Of a stretch of DNA of 64,000 bases, positions 11,105-22,012 are shown piece by piece (the stretch's first letter is position 1; each line of letters begins with the position of its first letter). The position numbers were made by a program, and so were the translations under genes. The DNA is from Podospora anserina (Eukaryota): contig CM030338.1 of assembly GCA_017654855.1 (NCBI GenBank), positions 1,550,001 through 1,614,000 of the forward strand, given 5' to 3'. A model generated the notes under the pieces. That model was given only the letters and a program-made list of their open reading frames with translations, was not told the DNA's origin and searched no databases.

Positions 11105-14100
11105 TTTGTCGTTGAAAAACAAACACAAACAGCCAAGGGGCTTGGGAAAAAACAAATCGATCGACAACTCGGCATTCACTCGAAGCTTATATATACCCCC
11201 AACCCTTTCTCCCCCGCATATTCGCAATCCATTTTCATATGTGTATGCGGGTATGTATGTATTCACGGCACCATAAAACTCCGGCTGGTACCTATATAAA
11301 AAGGCACGACGGTCCGCGTCCGACGAGGAATATACAACCTAGTCGCTATATTCCCGAGCCTGCGGATGTCAGCCTCCGGAAACTTTCCAGGGTCAGAACA
11401 AAAGTGGGCGGTTGGGTGATCTGTTGATCGATAACTAAGTGAGGAGAGAGAGCGGAGTGGTGGTGAAAGAGGCGGGTGTTAGAGTACAAATAAAAAGGGA
11501 CAGGCTCAGGCTAAAGTCGGATAGGCCGCGTTTGTGATGTACTTCGGCATCTCTGCAATCAATGAGATCTGCCCCGTGTAGTGATGTGGGGAGAAGCTTT
11601 TATGGGATAATAGATAAATGTGTTAAAGGGCGGGAATGAGTTATTGGTTGTATTGTCTGGGGATGACTGGCTGCCCCATAGGGGTATAGATGAGGTAGAC
11701 ATTGCACACTTGTTGCGGTAATAAATGAGATGGGTAGTTTGCGATGGATTACATAGGTGTTTGGCTCATGTTTGGGGATAACTGTCAGCGGCGATGGTGT
11801 AATCTCTCAGGGTAAGTGCTGCTCATGTTTGCTTATCAGCAGGAGGTTTAAATATTATGGAAAATCAAGATATCAGTTGGAACAAGGGTCAATGAAAGAG
11901 TGATAGCGTTAGGCAATGCTGAACGGGAAATCTATGGAGAGATGATGGATGTGGAAGCAAAGGTCTGTCATTACCTTGCTCTTGCCTTACTTCCATGGCA
12001 ACGTAACAGCAATATGTGCCAGACAGGAGCGACTTGGGAGGAGATTGACGACCACTCATCAGCAACCCTAACCCTACCCACCTTGTTGGGCAGGTTGAGA
12101 GCAAACTTGAGTGAGTCAACAAGATTGGTGTTATGAGGTGAACTACCAGTGTTTGGGAACCTGAAAAACTAATTGTCTGATGCTCATCAGTGAGACAGAG
12201 CATGGTGGTTGTGTCTGTAATCAACGACTTGACATCAAATTCAAACCGATTCAGTTCGATTGACGCAGTTGACAGCATCAGAAACATTGCAAACTCGCAA
12301 CAAAATAGGTCAATCGCAGAAATGCTATGCCATATTCCAAACTCGGAGCAACACAATAGGCCACAACGGTAGCTTCAGACGTAGAATTTTTACAAGCTTG
12401 TCAAACAGCAGCAAACAACTCTTGACTTGTTTTGACAGCAGGGACAGGCAAATCATTCGCAAACACAAAAATACACATGTTGTGGGTGATGAAATGTCGA
12501 GACCACCCCACAGCTCGGACCTAGAATGGTCGTAGTCCAAAGCCATAATGAAAGGGATAAGGTGATCACTTCGATTTAGGAGGCCGGGAACGGAGGAAGA
12601 TCCATAGAGAATAAGAATAACCCTCAGCAAGCCACATTGTGGAGCCGCCATTCGCACCAATACAACCCGTCGTCAATTCCACTTGGCGGTGTAATATTGG
12701 ACAGACTGCATTGATGTGTAGATAAAGAAGAAAAAAAGAAGAGGAGGAAGTTGGCCAGCCTGACCAAGAATATATACTCAAATTTTTGGCTGCGCAGAAA
12801 GTGGGGCTGCTGAATTAGGGCTAGTGCGGGTCTGTGGGTGGGCGACGATACGAGATAAGGATAAGGATAAGGATAAGCTTTTTTGGTGAGGTGGAGGGGC
12901 ATCATCCGCCTCAAGCTTCCTTCAACACCACAACTCAACAGTTCTTATCATGCCCCATCTACGAGAGATTCATGGTTCACTCGATTTGGAAGCCGCCGCC
13001 CGGCATCTGCTCGGCCTTTCTTGACTCGATACGGACAGCCACGACAGCATCTGGCGGCGGGGGGCTGCTGCAGACGGAACACATGCTGTGGATGCTTCTC
13101 AGATGGGCAATTCTCCCCCAAGTCAAACGTTGAGCAAGATCCGCGATCTGGTCTGTTTCTTTGCCTGGACACTGACATGAACATGCGACGAGACATCTAC
13201 TGCCGGTGCCACAACATCCCAGCCCGCTTGTTCGGAAGGGAAGCCGATGGGAAGCACAGAACAAAAACCCGATTGTCCGCTGTCGGAGCAAGGCCCGACA
13301 TGATCCGCTTGATCTGCTCGGTCCGCTGGGACATGAAAGCGCTCGCCGGCCGGCTTCTCGGGTGGACACATGAATTGTCCGTTGCCGTTTCATGTCTTCC
13401 GAATTGCATGTGATGAAGCCATATGGAGCGAGCTACATTACAGCACCTGTCACCCCTTTCCCAGAGTCATCGACTTGCTGCGGTCGATCATCACGGCCTT
13501 CCCGCCACGAGCGCTTTCGTACTCCCCCAGAAGTTGAGCTATCACCGGGTGACTGCTGCTGCCTTCCATGGACTGCCGGTGGTGTCGACGGAATATTCCG
13601 GTGTCGTATGAATGGGGATCACAAACTCCATCACCAACTCCCAAAACGAACCAGCTTTCTGCGTCTCCTGCTTCTTTGGGAATGTGTGTCATGGAAGCCA
13701 GCCGCAGAGCACTGCCTAACGATGAAAACTGGCGTCGTCCAACCATTTTCGTGGCAGAGATGCTGATCCCAGCAGCCGTGGTTCCTAGCTTCAGGAGAGC
13801 CCAAGGTTGATCACCTCTCACGCTTCACATAGCTCGGACTCTTGGAGGGTTTTATAAATCGCTTTTCTTGGCCAACTCGTAGCTGCTTAAAAGTTCCCAG
13901 TTCTCCTTTCCATCAACCAGGCGCAGCGGTTACGTGGCAAACCTCCGGCTTGGAATTGCTGGTGATACAAGCACAAACGTTGCCCGCACACACCGGATAC
14001 GATACTCCTTTCGGCGGGTAGTAGCACAGAAGAAACGAGCCTGCCCGTGGCCGTTGATCCGCTCAGTTGACGGAAGCGGTGTGTTCTGCTCTTGTGATGA

Positions 14101-14479
14101 ATGATTAGCATGGTCCTGTCTGTGACAGTTCTTGTACCATCCTCCGCTCCCACATGCGCGCGAGACGGCGACTGCACGGGATGGGTTTCTGGCAAAGGGG
14201 TAATATATATATAGGGGGATTGCTTCCTGAAGGGATGCTCGAGTGTCTGATAGCCATCTTATCATATTCTGTGCGCGGTTGACATTCATTCCATTCTTCC
14301 GAAGCTTGGACAAATTCTCTCGACCGGGCTCAAATCCATTAGAGAGCCAGACTTTTCAACCACGTCCTCAGTAATAGCAACATTATCAACATATACTCTC
14401 ATCCACCGCAGCAGAATTGGAACCTCTCTCTCTCTTTTACAAATTCTGCTCTCCAAGCTCCAGACGGTCAATAAACACA

Positions 14480-14686
14480 ATGTCTTCGTACGCATCCCAC
14501 CAACCACAAGCTCTCACTCCTCAAGGAGGCGAGGACTCGTCGACCAGCTCGGGGGGAGGGGTCGCTCCTATTGATCCCCGTATGTTACCTATCTCAAGCA
14601 ACCATCGTGGGGGGGAAGGGCGGGCCGGGGGGTAAATGGTGACTAATCCGTTTTTGATGCCAGAGTTTGGGAAGAAGAAGCCCTAA
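14480..14686 (+). CDS. Putative 40-aa spliced microprotein
   Basis: ATG in acaATG context; intron 14580-14663 (GTATGT...GACTAAT...CAG) gives MSSYASHQPQALTPQGGEDSSTSSGGGVAPIDPQFGKKKP*; TATATATA tract at ~14203. Confidence 0.55.
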
Positions 14687-15673
14687 AAACCATCGTGCTC
14701 AACCTGTTAACATGGCAACCTATACCTTTTTCTTTTTTTCTTTCATTATGGGACCACACTGGGGGGCAGAAGGGGGGATTTGGGAAACAGAGAGATACCC
14801 CTATACACTATCCTACACTCGCTTTGTTTTGTTTGTTTGTTCTTTAATCTCTAATTATTAATGCACTCGCTCTCTCTCAAGGGTTGTTGTTGGAGTTGGG
14901 GGATGAGGGAAGTTGATGGTGGGCGTTTCATGGCCAAATGCTTGGTTAGATTTAATTCGAGTAGTGTTGGAGGGAGAGAGGTTGGAGATGATACAAAAAA
15001 AGTTGCAGGGTGCAAGGAATGCTGATGATAGGAATAATTGCAGAGCAGGCGCGTTCGAGGGTTTAGGAATAAGAGATACTACCTACCTAACTCAAGATTC
15101 TCATGCCAAAAACGGTTTCTTGACAGTTCGTATGCCAAAAGAATGGCGATGACGCTATTTTGTGATGTTTCTCACAGTAATGTTGGTGATGATTTCTTGG
15201 TGTTTTTCACCTGCAACGACCCGGTGGCTGAGCCAAAATCCCAACAATCCGGACATGTAAACAAATGTACTGCCTATTCCCCAAGTCCTACAGCAACGCA
15301 ACGCAACACGCACCGTGTTCCTGGGATGGTGCATAACATGACATGACAGCAAGCCACACCGACCGAAAAGAAAACCACAGTCCACAGAACCAAAACCCGC
15401 CCCCCCCACGCATGCAGAGTTCCCCCCCCCTGTTGTGTCATCACACAATACAGAAATATGTGGATTCTTTAATAACTACAAGGCTTCGTCGGGACCAAGT
15501 TACACCCAACCCAAGACAATATCCATACCCGCCCGGCGAAAAATCTCGTTAAGACGGGGGAGATGAGGACAAAGAGATGGGAAATTTCCTCCCGTGCTCC
15601 AAAATAAGCAAAAGTCGTCAGATTGAGTAGAAAAGATGGACCACTGGTTAGACTTTGGGCGCGGGTGTCGTAT

Positions 15674-17064
15674 TCATATACCGCCAGGATGGATTGGTTG
15701 AACGTCGTGTCTTGTAACGCCCTGAACCAAATCAGCTTCCGCCGTAGGAATAAGCGCCCCAACTCGCCACCATGCGTTGTGAGATAACTGGCGGATGTTC
15801 AAGCGTACCGCATTCGTAGGTGGGCTCGGTAATGGTTTGTTTAGGTTAGGGAGAAATTGGTTCTTGTCATTGGTAGGTAAGTACCCCGACTGCTGGCTCT
15901 TGTTCGCTTGATGAGAAGGTCGATTAGGTTTGCTGTCAGAATCAACAGCAGGCGGTTTCTCCAATATCCGGAGTCGTGGAAAGTAGCGTGCGAAGAATGG
16001 TTTGGTGGCTGCGGCCGAGGCGCAAATCTATCAACAAAGGATTAGATATTGGCTCACATGAGGGAAAAAGTTTTTTCGTATCACCTACGATACCAAGAAA
16101 AAGCTCGACTGCGCCTGGAAACCTGGTGTCGTACAGACGCCAAGTAATATCCCCATCCGGACTGGTGACCATAACCCAGGTGAGATAGGTCCTGACTGAG
16201 CCAGCGATGCAGACGAGCAATCCACCTGCAAAGAGTAAAAGAATCGTGAGACGTTGGGGGAGAGGCAACTGAATACCCAACACCATCTTGACGGGGACGA
16301 AGACGATGAGGAAGTCCAGGATGGTGTTGATAATACTGGCAACAATAACGTGAAGCCCTTGGTTGATGCAGCGATGTGGCCCAAGAGCGACTGTCCAGAT
16401 GTCGGATATGGGTCTCTGCTGGTCAGTATTCATTGCCAGACCACCATCCGGGAGCAGAAACTTACGAGCATTGGAATATCGTCACGAGCACAAACACAAT
16501 TGTATCGAGTGTTACCACCCCGGATAGGACAAACACAACGTGCTTGGTCCGGCCCCTCGAGCAAGCAGCTACTCTGTAGAGGAGAGCGAGAATGGAAAGC
16601 TTGGTGAACCCTGTTGCCAGGGCAAAGAGAATCTGCTCTGCAAGGCTGCGGCCGAGTCAGAAAGTTGGTACCATGGAAGACGGCAATGGGCGTAACCTAC
16701 CCAACCTGCAAACTCAGCATCACCAGTTCAGGGCGTACATCCCACGTGTGACGATCTGTGTCGAGTCTGAAGTGACCTATGGCCTGGAGCACCACAAAGG
16801 CCACCGCGGGTACCTGGTAAAGCGTTAGTGTTGAGTGCTAATGCATCCAGACATGGTTTGAATAACGTATGCAAGGCAGATCAGCACGTCGTCGTGACCG
16901 AAGCCGTTGGATATCCTCACGCGTGTATAGATTCGTATGGCGAGAACAACCCCTGCTAAACTCAACAGAAGTAACCCGACAATGATGTTGTTTGGCCCGC
17001 GAGTTTCTGGATCAACGTGATTCGATGGAGGCCAGGAAGCAGTTATCTCTGCTGTGATCCGCAT
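15674..17064 (-). CDS. PTH11-like integral membrane protein (fungal rhodopsin domain, no CFEM)
   Basis: Five exons. Motifs SWPPSNHVDPETRG, LAIRIYTR...GHDD, RHTWDV, FTKLSILALLYRV, TIFQCxPI, INTILDFLIVFVPV, VELFLGIICASAAATKPFF. Two splice signals are non-consensus. Confidence 0.82.
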
Positions 17065-18252
17065 GCTGTGTCTGAAGGTGTAGCAGGAAGGGCCAGAGTG
17101 CAGGTTCCACGCAAGCCGAGATGCTGGTCGGCCTAGGCCAGGGCTTCGACGAGGACGTCTAATGGGCAGCGGTACAAATATACCATGTTTCTTGACCAAG
17201 ACCTCGAAGAGCTAGTTTACTTCGTTAGGCAGTGTCAAGAGACCTCTTGATAATACCACGAATTCAGTTGAAACAAGACCTCCATGCACTAAAATTGATA
17301 CAGCGAACTTCACGTGCAGTACTGGAGCTCTTGTAAACATGCATGATGCTCGGCGTGATCCTCGAGTCCATCGGCAAATGGTGCCAGTAGATGGTGTATG
17401 AAAATGTTTACAGGAACTGAACTAGAGAGGTGAGCCAAGAGGTCGGAGACGCCGGTGACTGCGATACATGGCCATCACTGTGACCAACCCGAGCACTGAC
17501 AGCTCAACCCTTGTGCGGATCAAGTTTCAAACATGTGCTTCCTGCCAAAGAAGAATAGGAATGTACGATGCTAGCCTTGGGAGATCTCGACCCGTCACTT
17601 GAAGGCGCATGGAGATGTGGGGTGGTAGGGTCGTGGGGGTACAGCCACTTGCTTGACAACCCATGACTTGTGCTTGAAAGCACAGCAGCTCTCAGACGGG
17701 ATGTGAGTAGCGAGGAGGAGCTCTGGGGAAACGCTGGTCACCAACACCAACCAACCGGCAGTCTTCCTGTTGACTCTCGAGAACATGCAAGTCTGATCGG
17801 GTTCACTTGACCCGGACAGGTGATGTTTCAGGGTGGCTGAGGCGCACCGAGCACCGGTGGTATTTTTTTCAGAATGCGACTGTGATGAGCTCTCGAAGAA
17901 GAAACAACATATGCTTGCAAGTGTTGGATATATCTTGTGATCCAATACTGAAAGACGTGAGTCGATAGGTAGCCGAAGGTAACGGTGAAGTAACAAGTGA
18001 ATGGATGATGCAAGTGCAACAGCGGACTCCCAGGACTTGTCGTTGAATCCAGCTGGTGACCAGGTGCCAGCCGAGATCCGGTCCGCCACTACGCCTTACC
18101 TAATGGGAGCTAGTGCCACCCCGCCAAATCCACCCACAAAAATTCCTGGGATTCGCAAAATCACTTTTGATCTTGAATTCTCGGCTTTCTCCTCGTAAAC
18201 GACCGACGCAAAACCACACCTATAGAAGAAATATCTACAGGAAGACGGCAAA

Positions 18253-19106
18253 ATGTCCAAGATCTCCGTCGGTACGCACCATCAACGCCCACCCAGTCGA
18301 CATCTACGATGAAATGGCAATTGAACTGACTCTGTCGCAGCCGGTGTGCGTCAGCACGTCGCTGAACTCCTCGAGTACAGCAATGAGACCAAGAAGCGTA
18401 ACTTCTTGGAGACTGTCGAGTAAGCCAGCAACCTCCTCCTCGAAGTGAGGCCGCCATCATCGAAAACATGTTGCTAACAGCCACCAAAGGCTCCAGATCG
18501 GTCTCAAGAACTACGACCCCCAGCGTGACAAGCGTTTCTCCGGCACTGTCAAGCTCCCCACCGTCCCCCGCCCCAACATGAGCATCTGCATCTTGGGTGA
18601 CCAGTACGATATCGATCGTGCGAAGCACGGCGGTGTTGACGCCATGAGCGCCGACGATCTCAAGAAGCTCAACAAGAACAAGAAGCTCATTAAGAAGCTT
18701 GCCCGCAAGTACGATGCCTTCGTTGCTTCCGACACCCTCATCAAGCAGATTCCCCGTCTGTTGGGTCCCGGTCTCTCCAAGGGTATGTTGTGCTGTCTTC
18801 CCAGTCGAGGTAACTTGCGAATACTAACTTTTTTCGTGTGTAGCTGGCAAGTTCCCTACCCCCGTCTCCCACAGCGATGATCTCTCCGCCAGAATCACCG
18901 AGGTCAAGTCCACCGTCAAGTTCCAGCTCAAGAAGGTTCTTTGCATGGGTGTTGCCGTTGGCAACGTTGGCATGACCCAGGAGCAGCTGATTGCCAACAT
19001 CATGTTGGCCATCAACTACCTCGTCTCCCTCCTCAAGAAGGGCTGGCAGAACGTTGGTAGCCTTACCATCAAGGCTACCATGTCTCCTCCCCGCCGCCTC
19101 TACTAA
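18253..19106 (+). CDS. RPL1: 60S ribosomal protein uL1 (yeast L1 / RPL10A)
   Basis: Introns 18272-18340, 18420-18489, 18783-18843. MSKISVAGVRQHV...[28 protein letters not shown]...[18 protein letters not shown]...[23 protein letters not shown]; strongly C-ending codons. Confidence 0.97.
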
Positions 19107-19552
19107 ACTGGGAGGTCAAGTGGTGTTGACCGGGTCTGGAGGGTTACGCTGTTCAGGTCCTTTTTTTGATTCGGGCGTAGATATGATGGCATGAAGTCAC
19201 AGTAATGAAATCAGATTTAGCCTGCCTTTTTCTCACTGCCATTGTGATTGTGAAGTTCAGCTGTGTTTGGTGATTTGTAGGTACTGGCTTACTCCGCGTG
19301 GGGCGAATGATCTTCGGCCGACTGCAGTTTTGATGCCGAGACTCCATTGTAAATCCGGGACTAACCTGTTTCCCCAAGCGGTGATGTATTGATAAGCAAG
19401 ATGGACCGCTCCGGCTCCGGCCGGCTCTACCAACGGGATTGGGAGAAAGCTCAGCCAAAGAGCCCCGCCCCGCCCCCGCGCAACCTCATAGAGTCTGGTT
19501 GGAATTCCGTGATTGAGCTTCGATATCATATCTCTTTTTTTTTCTAATCTTC

Positions 19553-20956
19553 ATGCTCTTGTTTCTTTCGCCAAGAACCAGGACGAGATTTCTCAGGCTC
19601 ACACAATCTACCACTACCACGCTCACATTTCGCTACGCACACACAGCACGACGCTCCCCATCACCAGCATCACTATTAGCATCATCGATCAGCAAATACA
19701 AACCCGCCAAAATGGCCGCCACCACCGCCACGCCCGACCTGCCCATCCTGCCTCCCGAGGACAGCCACCTCACGGCCAAGTTTGGCAGGGAGACGGCCAA
19801 CTACTTTTCCGGGTCACCGCTCAACAGGCTTTCCTTTCTTCGGACCGACCACGCCTTTCTCGCGCCGGCGTTCAAGCACCCGTCTGCTAGCTTTTTGCTG
19901 CTGGACAGTCTGGCTCCGCTGGTGAAGAAGGATGACACCACTCAGCTGGCGTTTGTTTCGCTGGGGGAGATTAGGGACGGGTTAAGGGGGGAGGATATTT
20001 TTGAGAAGACGGAGGAGGAGCTGGTGAGGGAGTTCAACAGTGAGGATGAAGAGCGGATTGTTGTTTTTCTTGGGATGGATGAGAGGGGTGTTTTGGGTGG
20101 TCATGGGGGACACCAGGGTGGAAAGAGGTTTAGGTATAAGGATTTTGAGGGGGTGCCGTATTTTGCGGTTGATGTATCCAGGTGGGAGGGGAAGGAGGGA
20201 TTGAGTGAGAAACTGGAAAAGGAGAGGGGGGCGATGTTTTACGGGGGAGGGCCGAGGCATATGGGGCTTGTGGCTGGTCAGGCGGCTATGTATGGGTATG
20301 CGAGGGCGTTGGTTGATTGGAATGCGAGGACGCCGTTTTGTGCGCAGTGTGGGCAGAGGACGTTGAGTGTGAATGCGGGGACGAAGAGGGTTTGTCCGCC
20401 TACTGATAGGGGGGTGGAGAGGAAGGCTTGTGCGACGAGGGGGACGGTGAGTAATCACTCTTTTCCCAGGACGGATCCGACGGTTATTATGGCGATTGTT
20501 AGTGCGGATGGGTCGAAGGTGCTTTTGGGGAGGCAGAGGAGGTGGCCGAAGTATTGGTATTCTACACTGGCGGGGTTTCAGGAGCCGGGGGAGAGTATCG
20601 AGGAGGCGGTTAGGAGGGAGGTTTGGGAGGAGAGTGGGGTCCAGGTTGGGAGGGTGGTGCTGCATAGTAGTCAGCCGTGGCCTTTTCCGGCGAGTTTGAT
20701 GATTGGGGCTGTTGGGCAGGCACTTCCTGGGGAGGGGGAGAAGATTTATCTGGGACATGATGCTGAGTTGGAGAGCGCGAAGTGGTTTCCTATGGATGAG
20801 GTTAAGGAGGCATTGGCGAAGGGGACGCATAATATGGGGGATGAGGTGCCGAAGGAGTATGTTGAGGGGGCGTTGAGGTTGCCGCCGCAGACGGCGATTG
20901 CGAATAGGTTGATTAATTCGGTGGTGGAGGGGTGGTGGGTTGCGTCGAAGATGTAG
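19553..20956 (+). CDS. NPY1: Nudix NADH diphosphatase (NudC/NPY1/NUDT12-like)
   Basis: Nudix box GFQEPGESIEEAVRREVWEESGV, SQPWPFP NADH-subfamily motif, FCAQCG zinc ribbon; second in-frame ATG at 19712; C-terminus -SKM. Confidence 0.9.
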   Translation: MLLFLSPRTRTRFLRLTQSTTTTLTFRYAHTARRSPSPASLLASSISKYKPAKMAATTATPDLPILPPEDSHLTAKFGRETANYFSGSPLNRLSFLRTDHAFLAPAFKHPSASFLLLDSLAPLVKKDDTTQLAFVSLGEIRDGLRGEDIFEKTEEELVREFNSEDEERIVVFLGMDERGVLGGHGGHQGGKRFRYKDFEGVPYFAVDVSRWEGKEGLSEKLEKERGAMFYGGGPRHMGLVAGQAAMYGYARALVDWNARTPFCAQCGQRTLSVNAGTKRVCPPTDRGVERKACATRGTVSNHSFPRTDPTVIMAIVSADGSKVLLGRQRRWPKYWYSTLAGFQEPGESIEEAVRREVWEESGVQVGRVVLHSSQPWPFPASLMIGAVGQALPGEGEKIYLGHDAELESAKWFPMDEVKEALAKGTHNMGDEVPKEYVEGALRLPPQTAIANRLINSVVEGWWVASKM

Positions 20957-22012
20957 ATAGAGGTGGTGTTTGGTCATGTTTTGGCATAGCGAGCACTGAA
21001 TAGAGATCATTTTTGCTTGACTACGTGTATGGCCATCAAGGGTGATGTTCAGTAGTAGGACGTAGAGCCCACCTAAGACACCGGTAAAGTTGGCGCGTGG
21101 GCGCTTAGAATTCTCTCTATCGAGTCTCCCTATCCTCTCTTGAGCTTTCAAGCTTGATGGCCCGGAGATCTTGCACAAGCTGTCAGTAACCACAATGGCT
21201 TTGCAAAGAAATGTTGGAAGCCTCCATCACCAGTCAACGAAAACCATGCGAACGCGGTCTGGCTCCAAAAGGAAACAATGACAGAGGTAAATCCATTCTC
21301 CTCTAGCACTCAATATGACCAACATGGCGTAGAAAAGCCATCCATATCGGTTGATTTTATGGTGCGATTTTAAGTGTAAGGAGAAAAAAGAAAATCTCAA
21401 AAGTGAGCCGTCACATTCTGACCCAAGTACATAATTGAGGTGAGCGGTGAGCGGTGGCAGAATTGAGGGCAGTGGGGTTCTTTTCAGAGGTTCAACACTC
21501 ACCATACGCACTGACCACATCCACGATGAAGGCAGGAACGAAGTAGGTCCTACTCAGCGCTTTCCTCATCGTGAACAATTACGTGGATGGGCCAAGATGA
21601 GATGTCATGCTCTTGAAAATCCGCTTGCATTTCTCCTCTTGCAATCCTATCCCTCATTTGACAACAGTGACTCTACATCCATCAATCTAGTCGGTACCAC
21701 CTGCAGTTGGGCCTGCATTGCGGCTGTGCCACCCTGCTGCAGTGCGATTAGTAGGACGATATCCTTCTGCATGGTACTTCTTCGGCCAACGAAGGTTTAG
21801 CTGGAACCCCTGCCCACCATGCTCGAAGCAACAAGACAGGATACCTTACTGCATATGGGGATGGGCGAGCGGCCCAACAGGCAGACCAACTGCTTATCCC
21901 ACCCTTCTGAGCTCTTATACCTAGCACCGATGGAACCCCGCTCCCAGTCCTATGATTCTTCGTCCTTGGTATCTTTCCTTCAGTCTGCTGGTTCCTCATA
22001 TCCTCCGTCAAC

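Noticed and set aside
11889-13821. Possible degenerate gene fragments and a (GATAAG)x4 run at ~12853
   Set aside because: Could not join fragments into a protein-like model; the repeat is a simple microsatellite.
21000-22012. Search for an amyloid-motif, HeLo or gasdermin-type effector next to the NLR (also 27300-29700)
   Set aside because: No convincing ORF or motif on either side.
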